Assembly: GCA_028534125.1 (NCBI GenBank)
Contig: CM052817.1
Span: forward strand, 28,150,001 to 28,214,000
Source of the DNA: Lama glama
Taxonomy: Eukaryota
Direction of reading: 5' to 3'
Length of the DNA stretch: 64,000 nucleotides
The position numbers and the translations under genes were made by a program. A model generated the notes under the pieces. It saw only the letters and a program-made list of their open reading frames with translations, was not told the origin of the DNA and searched no databases. How positions within the stretch are numbered: the first letter of the stretch is position 1; every line of letters begins with the position of its first letter. This document shows positions 12,591 to 25,030 of the stretch, one piece after another.

Positions 12591-14529
12591 CTACATCACA
12601 CTGTTGTGATGTTGGCATGCTGACTGATGTAACATGTTCCATAAAACATCTATTTTTCATTTAATATAATACTGTTTTGTTAGTTTCCTTTCTGAATATG
12701 GGTACTGGACTCCACATTCAACAAAATTTAATTTTATTGTGTTATTCCAGGCTGTTAAAATCCTTCTGGACTGTGGTCTTGTATCTCGCTGTACTTTAGT
12801 ACCTTATTGAGTCAGCAGAACACAGTTTTGATCACGGCAAATTATCAGTATGGAATAATATCAAGAGCAGAGAAATAAATTTAAAGAAAATTAAACATCC
12901 CTAATGCAGTAGCGAGTGTATTTTCGTAAGCATTACAAACCAATAAAGTTAAACCATTGGTCTTATTCTAGCATTGAAAGAAGAGGGAGACAAATGACAG
13001 ATAAGTGGTTGTGACACAGACTGCCAGCCTCAGAGGATGCCACGGGTTTCCCCTTATTAGTTTCTTTAAGAAGGATCCTTGTGTATTACTCTTACAGTGC
13101 CAGAAACTGTTTATCAGGAAGGGAGTCATGTGTCCCAGAGAGGTCATGAATTCTAATTCCTGCCACCTGAGGGCAATAACTACCATCTCCGGGAAGCAGA
13201 CAGCTTGTAGTCACGATGCAGCATTGTATGTTGGGTCAACTGAATTAATAATACTCAGCAGCACTGGGCTTCGAGAGTCATGAGGCTTCAAGCACAATTC
13301 AACTTCAGCAGCAGGAGCCCGAAGGCTGGAGATTTCCCTCTCTTGAGTGTCTGGTGGTTTTACCTGCAGGTCTAGTGCATACAGTTATGCACATTTTTTT
13401 CAGTTAAAAAAAAAGTATTAAGAAATCTATGACAAGGACAACACAAATAAACCAACCGTCCTTTACTGAGGGTTCCTCTCTTTCTGACCACACAGAAAGC
13501 TAAATAATGGAACTTTGGGACACAGTGTCGTAGATTCTCTTAATCATAGTTGTCAGGACTCTTGTGATTGTGGAATTTCCCTTTTCGTATGTATTTTTTT
13601 CTCTTTTTCCCCATCGTTTTAGTTTCTGGTTAGTTTCTGCTTACTTTCACATCCTGCAAGGCCAGTGCTGCCAGCCTTGGTAACTCAGTTACCAGTTGGT
13701 TTTCTCAGGGAGTGTGTGTTTTTTTTAATATTTTTGTGAAGGATTTCTAGAGATGAAACTATACCCTCAAGAAGAGGCCTGGTGGTGGGAGCTTCTGAGG
13801 ACTGAACTGATGCAAAGCCTGTGTTGGGAACTAGGTAGCTGCCTGCTCAGCCTGCACAGCATCTCTCCCTCTCTCTGTCCCTCCCCCTCCTTCTGTTGGA
13901 GTTTATGTATAAATGAGGCACAACTGACCACCGTCAGGAGCATCGTTTGACTTGATTTTTCCACATCAGATTAAAAGTGACTCTTGGTTTTTATTTGTAG
14001 GGGTGGACAGGAAATTTTATCTAAGTCATCACTGGGACACCTTTCCCCACGCATTGTGATCTGTGGGATATGCAGGTTTTCAGGGGGCCGGAAAACCTCG
14101 AGATGGTCCTGGTCCACGGATCCTGGGGGATCCGTCTTCATGTGGCCCCTTCAGTCCCGTGACACCACACTGCTGCTCCAGGCAGCTCTCAGGGCCCTTC
14201 ACGTAAGTCCTCTGTCAGGAAGCTCAACTTTTACTACTTCAAATTCTGGAACTACCCAACTCCATCATTTTTATGTCCAGGCTGTTGAAAGCATAGCTCT
14301 ATCAGTTATTCCCGGAGCAGGAAAAGACCCAAGTTTCTAAGAATCAAAGCCTCACTTGTCTTTGTGAGAAAGAGAAGAGACATTTGCCATAATCCTCTAA
14401 TAGGATCGTAAATGATTTTTGTGCTCTCTTTTCCTGCGTTTATGGGTAAGAGAACTATTCTCTGGAGGGAGATGACCTGGTTTCTGATGCAGAGCCTGAA
14501 AATCCTGGGTGGGCGTTCTAGGGAAATTT

Positions 14530-14680
14530 ACTTAGCATTTGTAAACCCTGGTTTCTTCATCAGTAATTTGCAGATAACCATAGAGACTACTTCCTGTGAA
14601 ATAAATGAACTCATGTATAAAACATTTTTGACAATGCCTGGCAGCCTGCAAGTGCTCAGTAAAACTGTTCTTATTTTTAT
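14530..14680 (+). mobile_element. MIR SINE
   Basis: gtttcttcatcagtaa...gtgaaataaatgaactcatgtataaaacattt...caatgcctggca...aagtgctcagtaaa. Confidence 0.7.
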
Positions 14681-15359
14681 TATCCATCCCCCAAACAGAC
14701 CGAGTCAATCATTGCTAAGTACTCTGCTAGGCAGTGAGGGCACACAGAGGAATAAGGCATGATTTCTGTCTGCAGAGGAACTAAATTCCTTCTCGCGAGG
14801 AAGATAAACTCATAGTTCCTGTAAAATACGGTGAATATGCAGGAGCTTACAAGGGGGCAGGACATCTTAAAGAGATCCTGTTGGCCTCATGCAACATCTG
14901 TTACAGCTAGGCCTGTCTGGTCCTGCCCGGGCCCCTCCTGAAAAGGCATCGTGACACCGCGGGCATTGTTGGCGGCACTCCCTTCCCTTCGGAAAGTCTC
15001 AGCTGCTGCCTCTAACGCTGGCTTATCCTCTGCTGCACAAACCTGTTTTCCTGTGGGCAGTTCCCCTGTCCCAGATCCTGTCTTGGCTCCGGCCCCTGCC
15101 TGGGCCTTTTTCTTGGATTCTCTGGTTTTAACCTCCTGTGGCTGCTGGGCCCCACGTTCGCCAGCCTGGCTCTCTGCGTTGGCTCCGTAGCTGTGAGCCC
15201 GGCCCGCCCCACCACGCGCCTTGTGCCGGAGCATCTCTACCACACCTGCCATCCTGGAAGCCTGGCCTGCTCCTTCCGGGCCGAGGTGGCCTCCGCCTCC
15301 TTTAGCCACAGTCTGGACTGACTTGTTACGCCTTTCAAGACTAACCCAGGGAACTGTTT

Positions 15360-15820
15360 GTATCTCTATGGGATGTGCTCTGCTGTAACCCACAGGGTGG
15401 CTACTGGACATGGCTTAAAATACAGACACGTGTTATCATCAGTTCAGAAGACGTTCAGAAGAGGCTGTTGCTGAGGTGGCTTGCGGGCTTGATAATGTGA
15501 TAGAGAACCTAGTTCCCGTTGTTCTGCTCTGTCATCTTTGGCTTGTTTGAGATATTTCCTAGTGGACTTAAGATGGCTGCCAGGCCAGAGTCAAAACAGA
15601 AAGGGGGTTTGCCTGTTCTGCCAGACAAGCAAAGAAAATTCCAGAAACTTCCCAGGGGCATTCTCTTAAATTTCATTGGCCAGAATTACATCTTCTGGCC
15701 TCTGCTTGCTATAGTAGGAGGCTGGGAATGTGAGTACATGGCATTGTCTGTGGCAGAGGAGGGCTTGAAGCACAGGGTTGGAAACAGCTTCTGGGAAAGC
15801 AAGCAGCCCTGCCGGACACA
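15360..15820 (-). mobile_element. Ancient MaLR LTR (MLT1J/K/L-like)
   Basis: atggcttaaaat..., aagatggctgc..., ttcattggccagaattacat...ggaggctgggaatgtgagt motifs. Confidence 0.65.
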
Positions 15821-16830
15821 CCAGTAGCCAAGAACTTTGATATGACTTAATTTCTATTTTATGCAGTTTGACTCACATTGGACCTTACAAAAGCATATGC
15901 TATGAATAGTGATCTTGCTGTATAATCTGTGTACATTTACTTTGCCTGATATTTTTTTTTCCATCTGTCTTTCTGGGTTCATTTCTTCTTAACTTTTTTT
16001 TTTTTTCAGTATTCATTCCTTTTGATTTCTGGCTGCCATCTATATTTTTTCAGCCCTAGAGCTTTTCACTGGATGGCTTTCATTATTCTAACACTAGAGC
16101 TTCAGAAACCTCAAATGACATTAGGGATGGTAAACTAATAGCAATCAGTGTGTAAAGTATATTAATTATGACCTCTCTAATTGTGTAATTTGAAAAAGGT
16201 GCATGCCACACTTGACCTAAGCTGAGCAATCTAAAACAGAAAAGAACTTCCTCCAAACAGTGCATGGTGCTTTATTTTTCCCCTCTTGCTTGCCTGTGTT
16301 AAATCAAAAACAGACCAAATGCAAAGCACAGAGACTGCAGTCCAGCAATTATTCCCACAGCTCCTCCTGCCTCGGAAGCCAGTCCCCTTGGGGCGCTGCA
16401 GGCAGTGAGGGGGAACTCCCCCCCACGCGCGGAGGACAGTGGTAAAGCCGCTCCCCGAGACCCGCTCAGCAAGCCTGTTAGCAGCGCTGCTCCAGCCTTC
16501 GTGATTCCGCTGGTGACAAACAAGCCTCAAAAACATCAGTTAAGAGAATACTGTTAGTATTCGTCATGAGAGAAATCCTTTTTGAATACCTACATGTGAC
16601 AGAAATTATCGTAGGTACCTTCCTTACCATACTGTTTCTCAATCCTCGCAGCAAATTTGCAAGGTGGATATTAATTTATTTTGCATGATTTAAGCTGACA
16701 GCATCCCACTGTGGTTAAAGGACAATACAAAAATATTGTCCCCAGTATATTGGCCTTCATTTTGATCTGCCATCTGAATTTTTTTCCATTGTTTTTCCTG
16801 CTTTGCTACTCCAGAGATCTCCTTTTTAAA

Positions 16831-17250
16831 GTTGAGTCCCCTAGAAGCAGAAGCTGAGGTTGGATTCTTGGGAAAAGTGATTTATTGCTAGAGGACTCTC
16901 AGAAGAAAGGGAGTGAAGGAGACGGCTTAGGGCAGAAAGAAAGCTAAGTGAAGTGATCTTGGCTAGAGACTAACTTCAGCCTGAATACTCGGAATACAAA
17001 TTGTACAGTACAAATTTGCCCTTATCTTGTGGGAAAGGGCTGGCATTTTTCATGCCTGTGTTAGTCTATTGGCTGTTGGCTTGTCTACGTATGTGTGTAT
17101 GTCTGTGTGCATGTGTTAAGCGATCATCCGTTCTGCTAAGACATTTATCCAGAAAAGGGCGAAGCTGTCAGTTTTTAAAAGCCAATATTCACAATAGCTG
17201 GAGGGTGGGTCAACCAGCATTGTGAAGGGAGTCTGGGAGCATCCATTACA
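16831..17250 (-). mobile_element. LTR16A-like ERVL 3' LTR
   Basis: cctagaagcagaagctgagg..ggattcttgggaaaagtgatttattg resembles LTR16A; on the minus strand the LTR begins TGT right after a purine tract (agagcaagaggtggac|tgt). Confidence 0.8.
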
Positions 17251-18990
17251 GTCCACCTCTTGCTCTGATCAGATTTACTTACTTCTCCCATTAAGTTTCT
17301 TCCCTCCAGGCACAGCCATAGCCCAGTCAGTGGGGTAAACTATAGCCTCCACCCTGTGATTGATCTTAAAGTGGTAACTGATATTTGTTTTGTCCCTCTT
17401 TTACTTTCCATTTTAGGCCCCCTCCTCTTAGCTAGCACTTCTATTCATCTAGGCGGCTTGAGTGGTTGGGTGGCCCAAACTCTCAGTCCCTGTGGAGTCT
17501 GAGCCTCTGGTCTCTATGCCCTTATTAGGTGGTGGTCGCTATATTTGTCCATTTACATTTAAAACCAAATAAGTACCAAGAGAGGCACCTGAGTACCACA
17601 CGTGTTTATCTGCCCCTAATATGTAGTGGCAGTTTGCCTCCTTGTGAAAATCAGAGTCAGTTACCCCAGCCAGTGTGGTAACTCCTTTTTATGCCAGATG
17701 GATTATGGTCATGATAAGCCCAAGGTGACCACATGTCAACTGTAGCTTTAAGTATAAGAGGGCCTCTTTCCATGCTGCTTGGTGAAGGTATTCCCTTCTG
17801 GGACCACAGAATTAGACTAATGATACCTAAGTTGTGGGAAAGAAAACCCAGCGCCCCCAGTGGATCACTGGGAGTGATGGTGAATGGGATCATGCTTACA
17901 TCTCCCCACTGGTTCTTGGACCCATGACTTCTAGACATTGGCAGTATAGCACCTTGTAATGTCCATTGGCTTAAGGTATAACTGGCATCCTTGAAGAATG
18001 ATGCTCCTTCCCACAAGGTGTCATCTCCAAGCTGATGCATCATCCATGCTTTCAAGATGCTCCTCTACAGCTCTGGCAGGTTCTGGATGATGTAGTAGAT
18101 GGTGGGGCCAGTACTCCTTCTTGTTCAAGTATGTTACTTGAGCCCTCTGAACCTGCTAGAGCCTGAGCTGAGGGAAACCACTTTTAGTTCATGATGAATT
18201 GTTGCTAGACCTACTTGACCTTATGACTTTGTGGATGTAACGGTAAGCATCTACGAAGTAGTGTACATGCAGAGGAGTTCTGATGGCCTGGAAAGGTAAA
18301 TGCTCAGTTTCCACCAGGGCCCAGACCACGCTAGAAGCTACTTTTCAGATACTGTGTATTTCCTCCTGCATACAGCATGGTTTTGATCCAGAACCCGAAG
18401 GGCTGGTGCTATATCTTTCCTGTTGAGACTGGCCAGAGATTTGATGTATCATTTTGACTCACACTTCACGGTGCTTGTGTCTTGGCCTGTTGCAAAGCCC
18501 TTCTTTCTTGTAAGCCCTACTTTAAACCTAGCAACCATCTGTGCCACTTGATAAATGGATGTGAGTCCTCTAACACCCGAAGAGGTCCACCCAGCACTGT
18601 GCTTCTTTCTTAGAGATCGAAGATGCAAAGTACAATAACTTGTCTTTTCCTTTTGAGAGGAAGTTCCAGCATACCCCAGACCACCAGTCTCCTAAATCAT
18701 TCGCCAGGCGTTGCAAATTTTTGGGCCTTTGTAGGGGTTTTCTCCCACGCTGGAGCAGATGTGTCTTACATCCAGGTACTTGGTATTCCTTGCTCATCAG
18801 GTCTTATTAAGATGAGTTATTAATGCTGGTGGACCAGTATGTGGTTTTATGCAGTCCTTTCCCCCATTCTCTGTCTGGAGGACGAGGCAGCTGAGAACAG
18901 TTAGTAGTCACCACTCATGACAGCTGAGATAGGGTACCAGCCAGGTGAAGAGAAGGGAGGGGTGGGGACTCCCCCCACAGCATCCACTAT
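17251..18990 (-). mobile_element. Degenerate ERVL internal region (pol remnants; ERV3-16A3/ERVL-E-like)
   Basis: Minus-strand peptides HQLGDDTL...SRSHGSKNQ...TITPSDPL (ERVL integrase C-terminal region) and SKGKDKLLYF...KKEAQCWVDLFG (ERVL RT thumb), with many stops and frameshifts. Confidence 0.85.
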
Positions 18991-19762
18991 ACCCTGTAAA
19001 CATAAAACGATGTTATCTGGAGTCAGGGGAGGAATGGTGCTGAGTAGGGAAGGGAACAAAAATAAATCTCTTACTAAAGCATTGTGTTGAAAAGCAGTGA
19101 ACGGCAGTTCTGTTTGGAGAGAGAGAAAGGAGATTGGTTGCAAGAGTTCTTTCCTGTGGGAAGCGGCTGTGTTGGGGGGTGGGTGGGGAGAGGATTGTTA
19201 CATATTCGTAAAATTTGCAAGTCAGTTGTTAAACCGAAGGCAGTTTGAAATTGGCCCTGGTGGGAGTATTCCCAGCAGGAAAATCAGCAAATGCTACAAA
19301 TTAGTGCTTTTTTTCCTCCCCTGAATGTAGTTTACAAGCACATCACGGCTACTACAAAGTTCCTCAAAAGAACAGCAAAGCGGGAAAAGGTGAAGTGCAA
19401 GAGAGCCAAAAAACCCCGAACTCTAATTAATAATTTTTCCTGGAGTCAGAGCTAGTCCCCGCACATTTTCCTTTTCTGAAAATGCAATCAGAAAGTGCCA
19501 TCTGGTTAGCCACTTTTTAAGGTCATTACTGTTATTTTCTCATTAGAAAGCCCATTTACTTCTGGGGACTGCTCAGTAAGTTTATGAGGCAGGAGGCATG
19601 AAGAAACACTTCCCATTTCGCTTTTCAGCCTCCAGGCTTGCCTTCGGCTGCTCCTTTTCGCACACAACTGAAATCTAATCATGGTACTCCCCTGCTAAAA
19701 GCAAACCAATTGTGCTCTGTAGTATTTACATATAAAATAAAACTTCTTAGTCTGGTATATGA

Positions 19763-20800
19763 GCCTGAGTTCCTCTCAAAATCAGAGTGTAAAGTAAGGA
19801 TCTGTGTGCAGGTGGTTTATTGGAAAGGTCATCTCAGAGCAGGAGGGAGAGATGGAGGAATGAGGAGGTGGGAAGGAGACGAAGCTGACACAGAGATGCA
19901 CTGATCACCGTCAAGGGCGACTAGGGTTCCTACTGAGACAGGAGGGAAGAGGGCAGGGCACAACCATTAAGAGAATGACACAGCAGTGAGCACCAAGATG
20001 GTAGAAAATTCAGTCTTCAGTAGGCCTTGAGGTCCAAGATGGCAAGAGATTTGACTTCCAGTAGACCTTGAGCTCCGTTATACGCTCGCTGTAATATATT
20101 AGCGTGGCAAATGGCACTCCCGCCTTCCCACAGGCGCCGTGACTGTTTCCAGGCTGGTTGCAAAAGGTCAAAAAGTGGGTGGTGGTCCAGTTCCTGGGAA
20201 TCCCAGCCCCTTCCCCAGAGTAGTTGGAGTAATCCTCCCACTTGTTGGCTTTTGAAATAACTGAGCTCATAGAAACTGACAACCCTGCACCTCATGGCTT
20301 TTCTCTTGCCTTTTGAGAAGGCCTGCATTCTGCCTATGGGATGTGTGTCTCCTCTGTCACTCTCTCTGTCTGTGGAATATGTATCTCTCTGAATGAATCT
20401 ACCTTCAGTCTACTATGGGTCACTCTTGAGTTCTCTCCTGCATGAAGCCAAGGTCCCTCGTGTGATTGGGCGCGTCCCAGGGACTTGCCTGGGGCCTGAG
20501 GCATGACCATCTCCTTGCACCCCATTTTCCTGTATCGCTTCCATCCTGGATCCTGCTGGGGCCTTCTTAGGATTGCCTAGAATACCCTTCAGAGTCCACC
20601 CCAGAGACAAGGATCAGCAGGTACGCACTTTTACCCCTTGGTGAGAGTTGCCCCGAGAGATCTGTATCTCCCCCCATCCCATCCACACACACACTTCTGG
20701 GCTATAACGCCTAAGAGCTGGATGGGCTTCCTCCAGTGCCTTGCACCTAGGAGTTGGAGAAAACCCAGAGAAGAAAGCAAAAGATTCCTGGCACAAACTT
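19763..20800 (-). mobile_element. LTR16C/E-like ERVL LTR interrupted by a younger LTR
   Basis: aaggatctgtgtgcaggtggtttattggaaaggtcatctcag (LTR16-type) at 19790-19840; LTR16-like sequence resumes after 20541. Confidence 0.6.
19934..20537 (+). mobile_element. MER41-like ERV1 solo LTR
   Basis: TGAGACAGG...TTCCTGTATC(G), 4-bp TSD ctac/cttc; colinear with MER41 blocks taatatattagc...cactcccgcc...gcgccgtgactgttt...cagttcctgggaatcccagccccttccc...taatcctcccacttgtt. Confidence 0.8.
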
Positions 20801-21849
20801 GTGATGACTTGCAACTCACATGGAACTCTTTCTTGAAGCTTTGGTTGGGGTCAGGGGCAGGGGGCGAGGGCCGGGGCGGGGGGGAGGGCAGCTGACATGC
20901 GTGGCAAATAAAGCTCTCCATGATTTTCCATTTCACACTTCCTGTCTCAGCCCCGGACTCTCTTTCCTTATAGCCAGTTCACACCCATACAGGCACCCTG
21001 ACCATACTTTGCTATTTTATAAACCTGATTTTTTTTTTTTTGGAACATACTTGTTTCTCTTTTTGAAATGCTGCCACTTTCTTCTCTCAGCTTCCTCAGT
21101 CTTTTGAGCCGACCTCAGCTTGAGTCTTTCCTGGAAGCTTCCGTCATTCCCCCGGTCAGTGTTACTTGCCTCTGTAGCTTGAAATACCCTGGTTACAGCC
21201 CTTCTTGCAGCAGGTGCTAACTCCAACACGGACGTCTGTTTCCTGCCCGCCCTGTGTGTAGGTTTATAAGGGACTGTGTTTCAGTCCATGTCCTGAGTGT
21301 CTAGCATAGTGCTTGGCTATATAATAAACGTTCTGTAAATACTTGTGGACTAAAAGAATGAGTGCATTTTGATCTTGCAATGGACTGCTTTTATCAAAAA
21401 AGAAAATCTAATCTAAGGCTATTCCAAAGCCATGGAAGCATAGATATATTTTGAAAGAAGTGCACTAGGTATCCAAATAGGTGTCTGACATCTATATATG
21501 TGTGTATGTACACGTATATGTGTGTATTCAACCAACAAAGCAGTAACAATGAAATGGAAGAAAATCAGGCCATAGATCAGTAATAATGACCATATGGCTC
21601 CTGCTCTCAAGAATTAGATAAGACATGAACACATAATGAATAAAATAAAACACATAATGAGCATAATGAATAATAATAATAAAAGAGGGAAAACAACACA
21701 CTGAGATATGAAATAAGATATTATGAGTGAATAGGGAAATAACTAGTAGAAGATATGTTTGCCGTGACTCCAGAGAATTCTGAGATCCTCTAGGGCTAGA
21801 AGGACAAGGTCAAGTGTTCTGGGCAGCAGATAAGATCTGACTTCGTATG

Positions 21850-22040
21850 TGTAATGGTTTCCAGCAGTGACTCCAGAAGGAAAACTCTCAGGTTCAAACT
21901 CGTGAGCCTCATATGCCTGGGTAGCTGTGGGCAAATTTTTGTTGCTTCATCTATAATTCAGTTAGCAATTAATGTGAGTACTGATAGGATTAAAAATAAG
22001 TACATATGTAAAGATTAAAACAGTGCTTGGCATGTAACAC
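21850..22040 (+). mobile_element. MIR SINE
   Basis: aggttcaaactc...gctgtgggcaaattt...cttcatctataa...aggattaaaaataagtacatatgtaaagattaaaacagtgcttggcatgta. Confidence 0.7.
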
Positions 22041-23829
22041 TTCTGTTCCCTACGGTATCTTACCTTAAAAAAATGGGGAGGTTACTTTCTCAGCCAAGAC
22101 ATCATCGTATGTTTGGGAATCGGCGGAGGAACTAGTTCACTTGCAGCAGAGAGTTTCTGTGGGGAATGGTGGGAGGTAAAACTGGAAAACTGTTTTGGAT
22201 TCTTCGTGAGGACCCCAAAAGTCAGCTGCAGTGAATAATGAGGAAGATAAATTGATTGTATGTCTTGGTCTCTCCCAAATAATTGTGGTTTAAGCACTGT
22301 CTTGGTATAATTATTAGAACACTTTTCATTCTCAAATCTTGTTTGGATTAAAAATAGCCAAAAAAGTGATATTTAAACTAGGCTCATGGGGATTTCTGGA
22401 GATTATCTGGCATAAGCGTGTAAAATGCACTGAAGAAAAGCAGTTTATAGGTTGGTAGCAAAGCATGGTGTGTTATTGGAAGTCATGTTAGTTTCCATAA
22501 ATCATAAAACCTCAGTACTGAAAGGGACCTGGAGATAATCTGGTAGAATTCATTCTTCATTTTTCATATTGGCAGACCATAATTTGCTTTCAATGTATTT
22601 TGACATGTTCAAAGAAGCATGTGAAACTGAACTCGTTGTAACAGAAACAAACAAAAAATACAAAAAAGTTAAAACCCATTGCAAATAAACTACATACACC
22701 TTATGTGTTTGGGAAGCCCTTTACTTCATATTGAAATGACAGCCCTGGATTACTTTCATATGCTAGATTTGGAGTTGTATATACTAGTCAGTGGTTTAGT
22801 TTGAAGAGTGATGACACCATTACACAGCAGTGTTTGTGCAGTGAGTCCATTCTGTACCCTGCCACGTTCTTCTGCACTTTGCCCTTATTATCTAATAAAT
22901 GTAATTGGGAAATTGGGAAACAAAGTACTGATGCTAATAATATGAAACATAGATCTCCTTGCTTTAATAAGGCAAAAATTGAAACCATTGTTTGTGCTCA
23001 TAAAAGCAAATCTGTAGCCTCAATCTAGTGTTAAGTAGACCTCCCTGGGCAGGAGGAAGAGGTGTAGGGCAGGGCTTCAGTGATTCCCTGTTGGGGCACC
23101 TTCTTGAATTTGGTTAGAACTCGTGCAAAGCTGGTACCCTAGGGGGGAATGGGATGTGAGAGATGTGAGGCCACACAGATCTGAAGCGTTGTGTGAGAGG
23201 TGTCTGATAAAGCATCTTTTTCAGATTGCATTAGTAATTTCATTTCACCTGTACTATTTTTCTTAGAATTAATTTTTCCCACTCATTTGGAACTGGGATA
23301 TGCAGGGTCACCTTGAATGGAAGCATATATTTTTCTTTCACTCTCTCCATTCCCTGCTTAGTAGTTTCTTGTGCCGCCACCCAGTCTAGAACCACACCTT
23401 AATTGGTGACTCATGACTTGCTCTCTGGTGATACCGGGTATGCCAGAAGGCGAGGGGGTAGCTTGACTCAGGTTTTGTTTGCAAGGCTCTGTTTCCTGCC
23501 GTGTTTTATATTAGCCATACTTCCAGGCAGCCAAAGAGGTTATTATTTTTTCCCCATGTACCTGTCATGAGATGGGAGGCCTAGCCTAGCCTCATTTAAG
23601 CTCATTTAAGTGAGTCTGGTTTCAGTCTATGGGAGGTCTGTAATGTCATCCCTTCCTACTACTTCGTTTCTGTTCTATTTCTGGTTCTTGACATGAGTAC
23701 TGTGTTTTGAATTTTTGAAAATATACTCTTTTTTTGTTTCAATCCTCATACTACTTGGATCATTGAATTGGGGCACATCTCAACATAGAGTTACAATGAC
23801 ATCTTGACTGGACATCTCTTGGAAAAAAT

Positions 23830-24150
23830 GATTTTGAACAGATAATTCTTCTCCCAGCCAAAGTACTAATCAAGTGTAAGTGTAGAGCAAAAAATGTTTC
23901 CTCACGTGCAAAGTTTCAGAGAGTTCGCCTTGCTCACATCACTTCAGAAAAACAAAATTACTTAAGCATGTACTTTTTAAGAGATGAGAAGGAGTTTAGG
24001 AAACACTGGATCCAACTCACAAGAGCAGTAAAGGAAGATTCCAGGGCGAAAGTCTTCAGCAGCTGCAGAGAACAACTGGTCCGGATTGGATTAGCAGAAT
24101 AAAGGCAAGTAAGAGGGAAGTCTTCTTGCTTAAAGGGGGCCACCTGAGAT
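23830..24150 (+). mobile_element. Old L1/HAL1 ORF1 3' region fragment
   Basis: aattcttctcccagccaaagtactaatcaagtgtaagtgtagagcaaaaaatgtttcc...gtgcaaagtttcagagagtt resembles the end of L1 ORF1. Confidence 0.5.
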
Positions 24151-24219
24151 CATAGAAGCTGAAAAATAGTCATAATCGAAATATGTAGCAAATGAAAATT
24201 TGTCATTTTAAGGAGGGTA

Positions 24220-25030
24220 GTTCCTCAGCCTTTTTGGGTCTTTCTTGCCACTGACATTTTGAAAAATATAGGTCAGTTACTTACCCTTTAATTTGGGTTT
24301 GTCTGACGTTTCCTCAGGATTAGAGTCAAATGATGCATTTTTGGCTGGGATATTATGTAAGTGATAATGTGCCCTTCTGGAGGTCTCATAGCTGAAGGCA
24401 CATGGTATCCATTTGCCCCCGTTAGTGATATTAATTTTGATCACTTTATTATGGTATTTTCTAATTTCTCTCCTACATAGTCATTGTTCCCTTTTAAATT
24501 AATAAATAATTTGTCGGAAGCTATTTGAGGCTATGCCATTATCTTGTTCCTCTCAAATTTTGACATTCAAGATTAAGCAACCATTGATTATTTTTGCATA
24601 AATTGTTAGAATGATGTTTGCAAAATGAAAATTTTTCCCTATAGTGATTACTCAAGATTTTTCTGTAAGGGAGAGCCTTTGTTTCTCTTTTGTTTATAGA
24701 TTTATGTATCCATCTGTTTACTAATCGTTATGTAGACTCATGGATTCTTATTCACTGGGTTATGCTCCACCACTGTTCTTATTTATTTTAATACTCTAAA
24801 TAGTCCAGTTCTGGCCTATGGCAGCCCCTTAAAACTGGTGCTAGTGTCTTTTTTTTTTGACATATCTCCATCAATTTTTTGACCATTTCCTTACTTTATG
24901 GTGCAAGGTGTTCCCTGCTTACCGTATACTTTTCCTGCACATCCCAGGCATCTACCGTTTCTCCAGAGGGCTTAGGTGGTGGGTTTGCTCACTGCTGCTG
25001 GCATGTCACTACCTGTCGGTCCTTTCAGTG
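24220..25030 (-). mobile_element. Old L1 (L1MC4/5-like) 3' UTR remnant
   Basis: gacattttgaaaaatataggtcagtta...aatttgggtttgtctgacgtttcctcaggattagagtca...tgcatttttggc. Confidence 0.7.

Larger units (their letters stand above)
19640..21365 (+). mobile_element. LINE-2 3' remnant split by nested LTRs (L2 parts ~19640-19762 and ~20905-21365)
   Basis: aaatctaatcatggtactcccctgctaaaagc...aaacttcttagtctggtatatgag, resuming at aagctctccatgat and ending tagcatagtgcttggc...taaatacttgtggactaaaagaatga. Confidence 0.65.
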
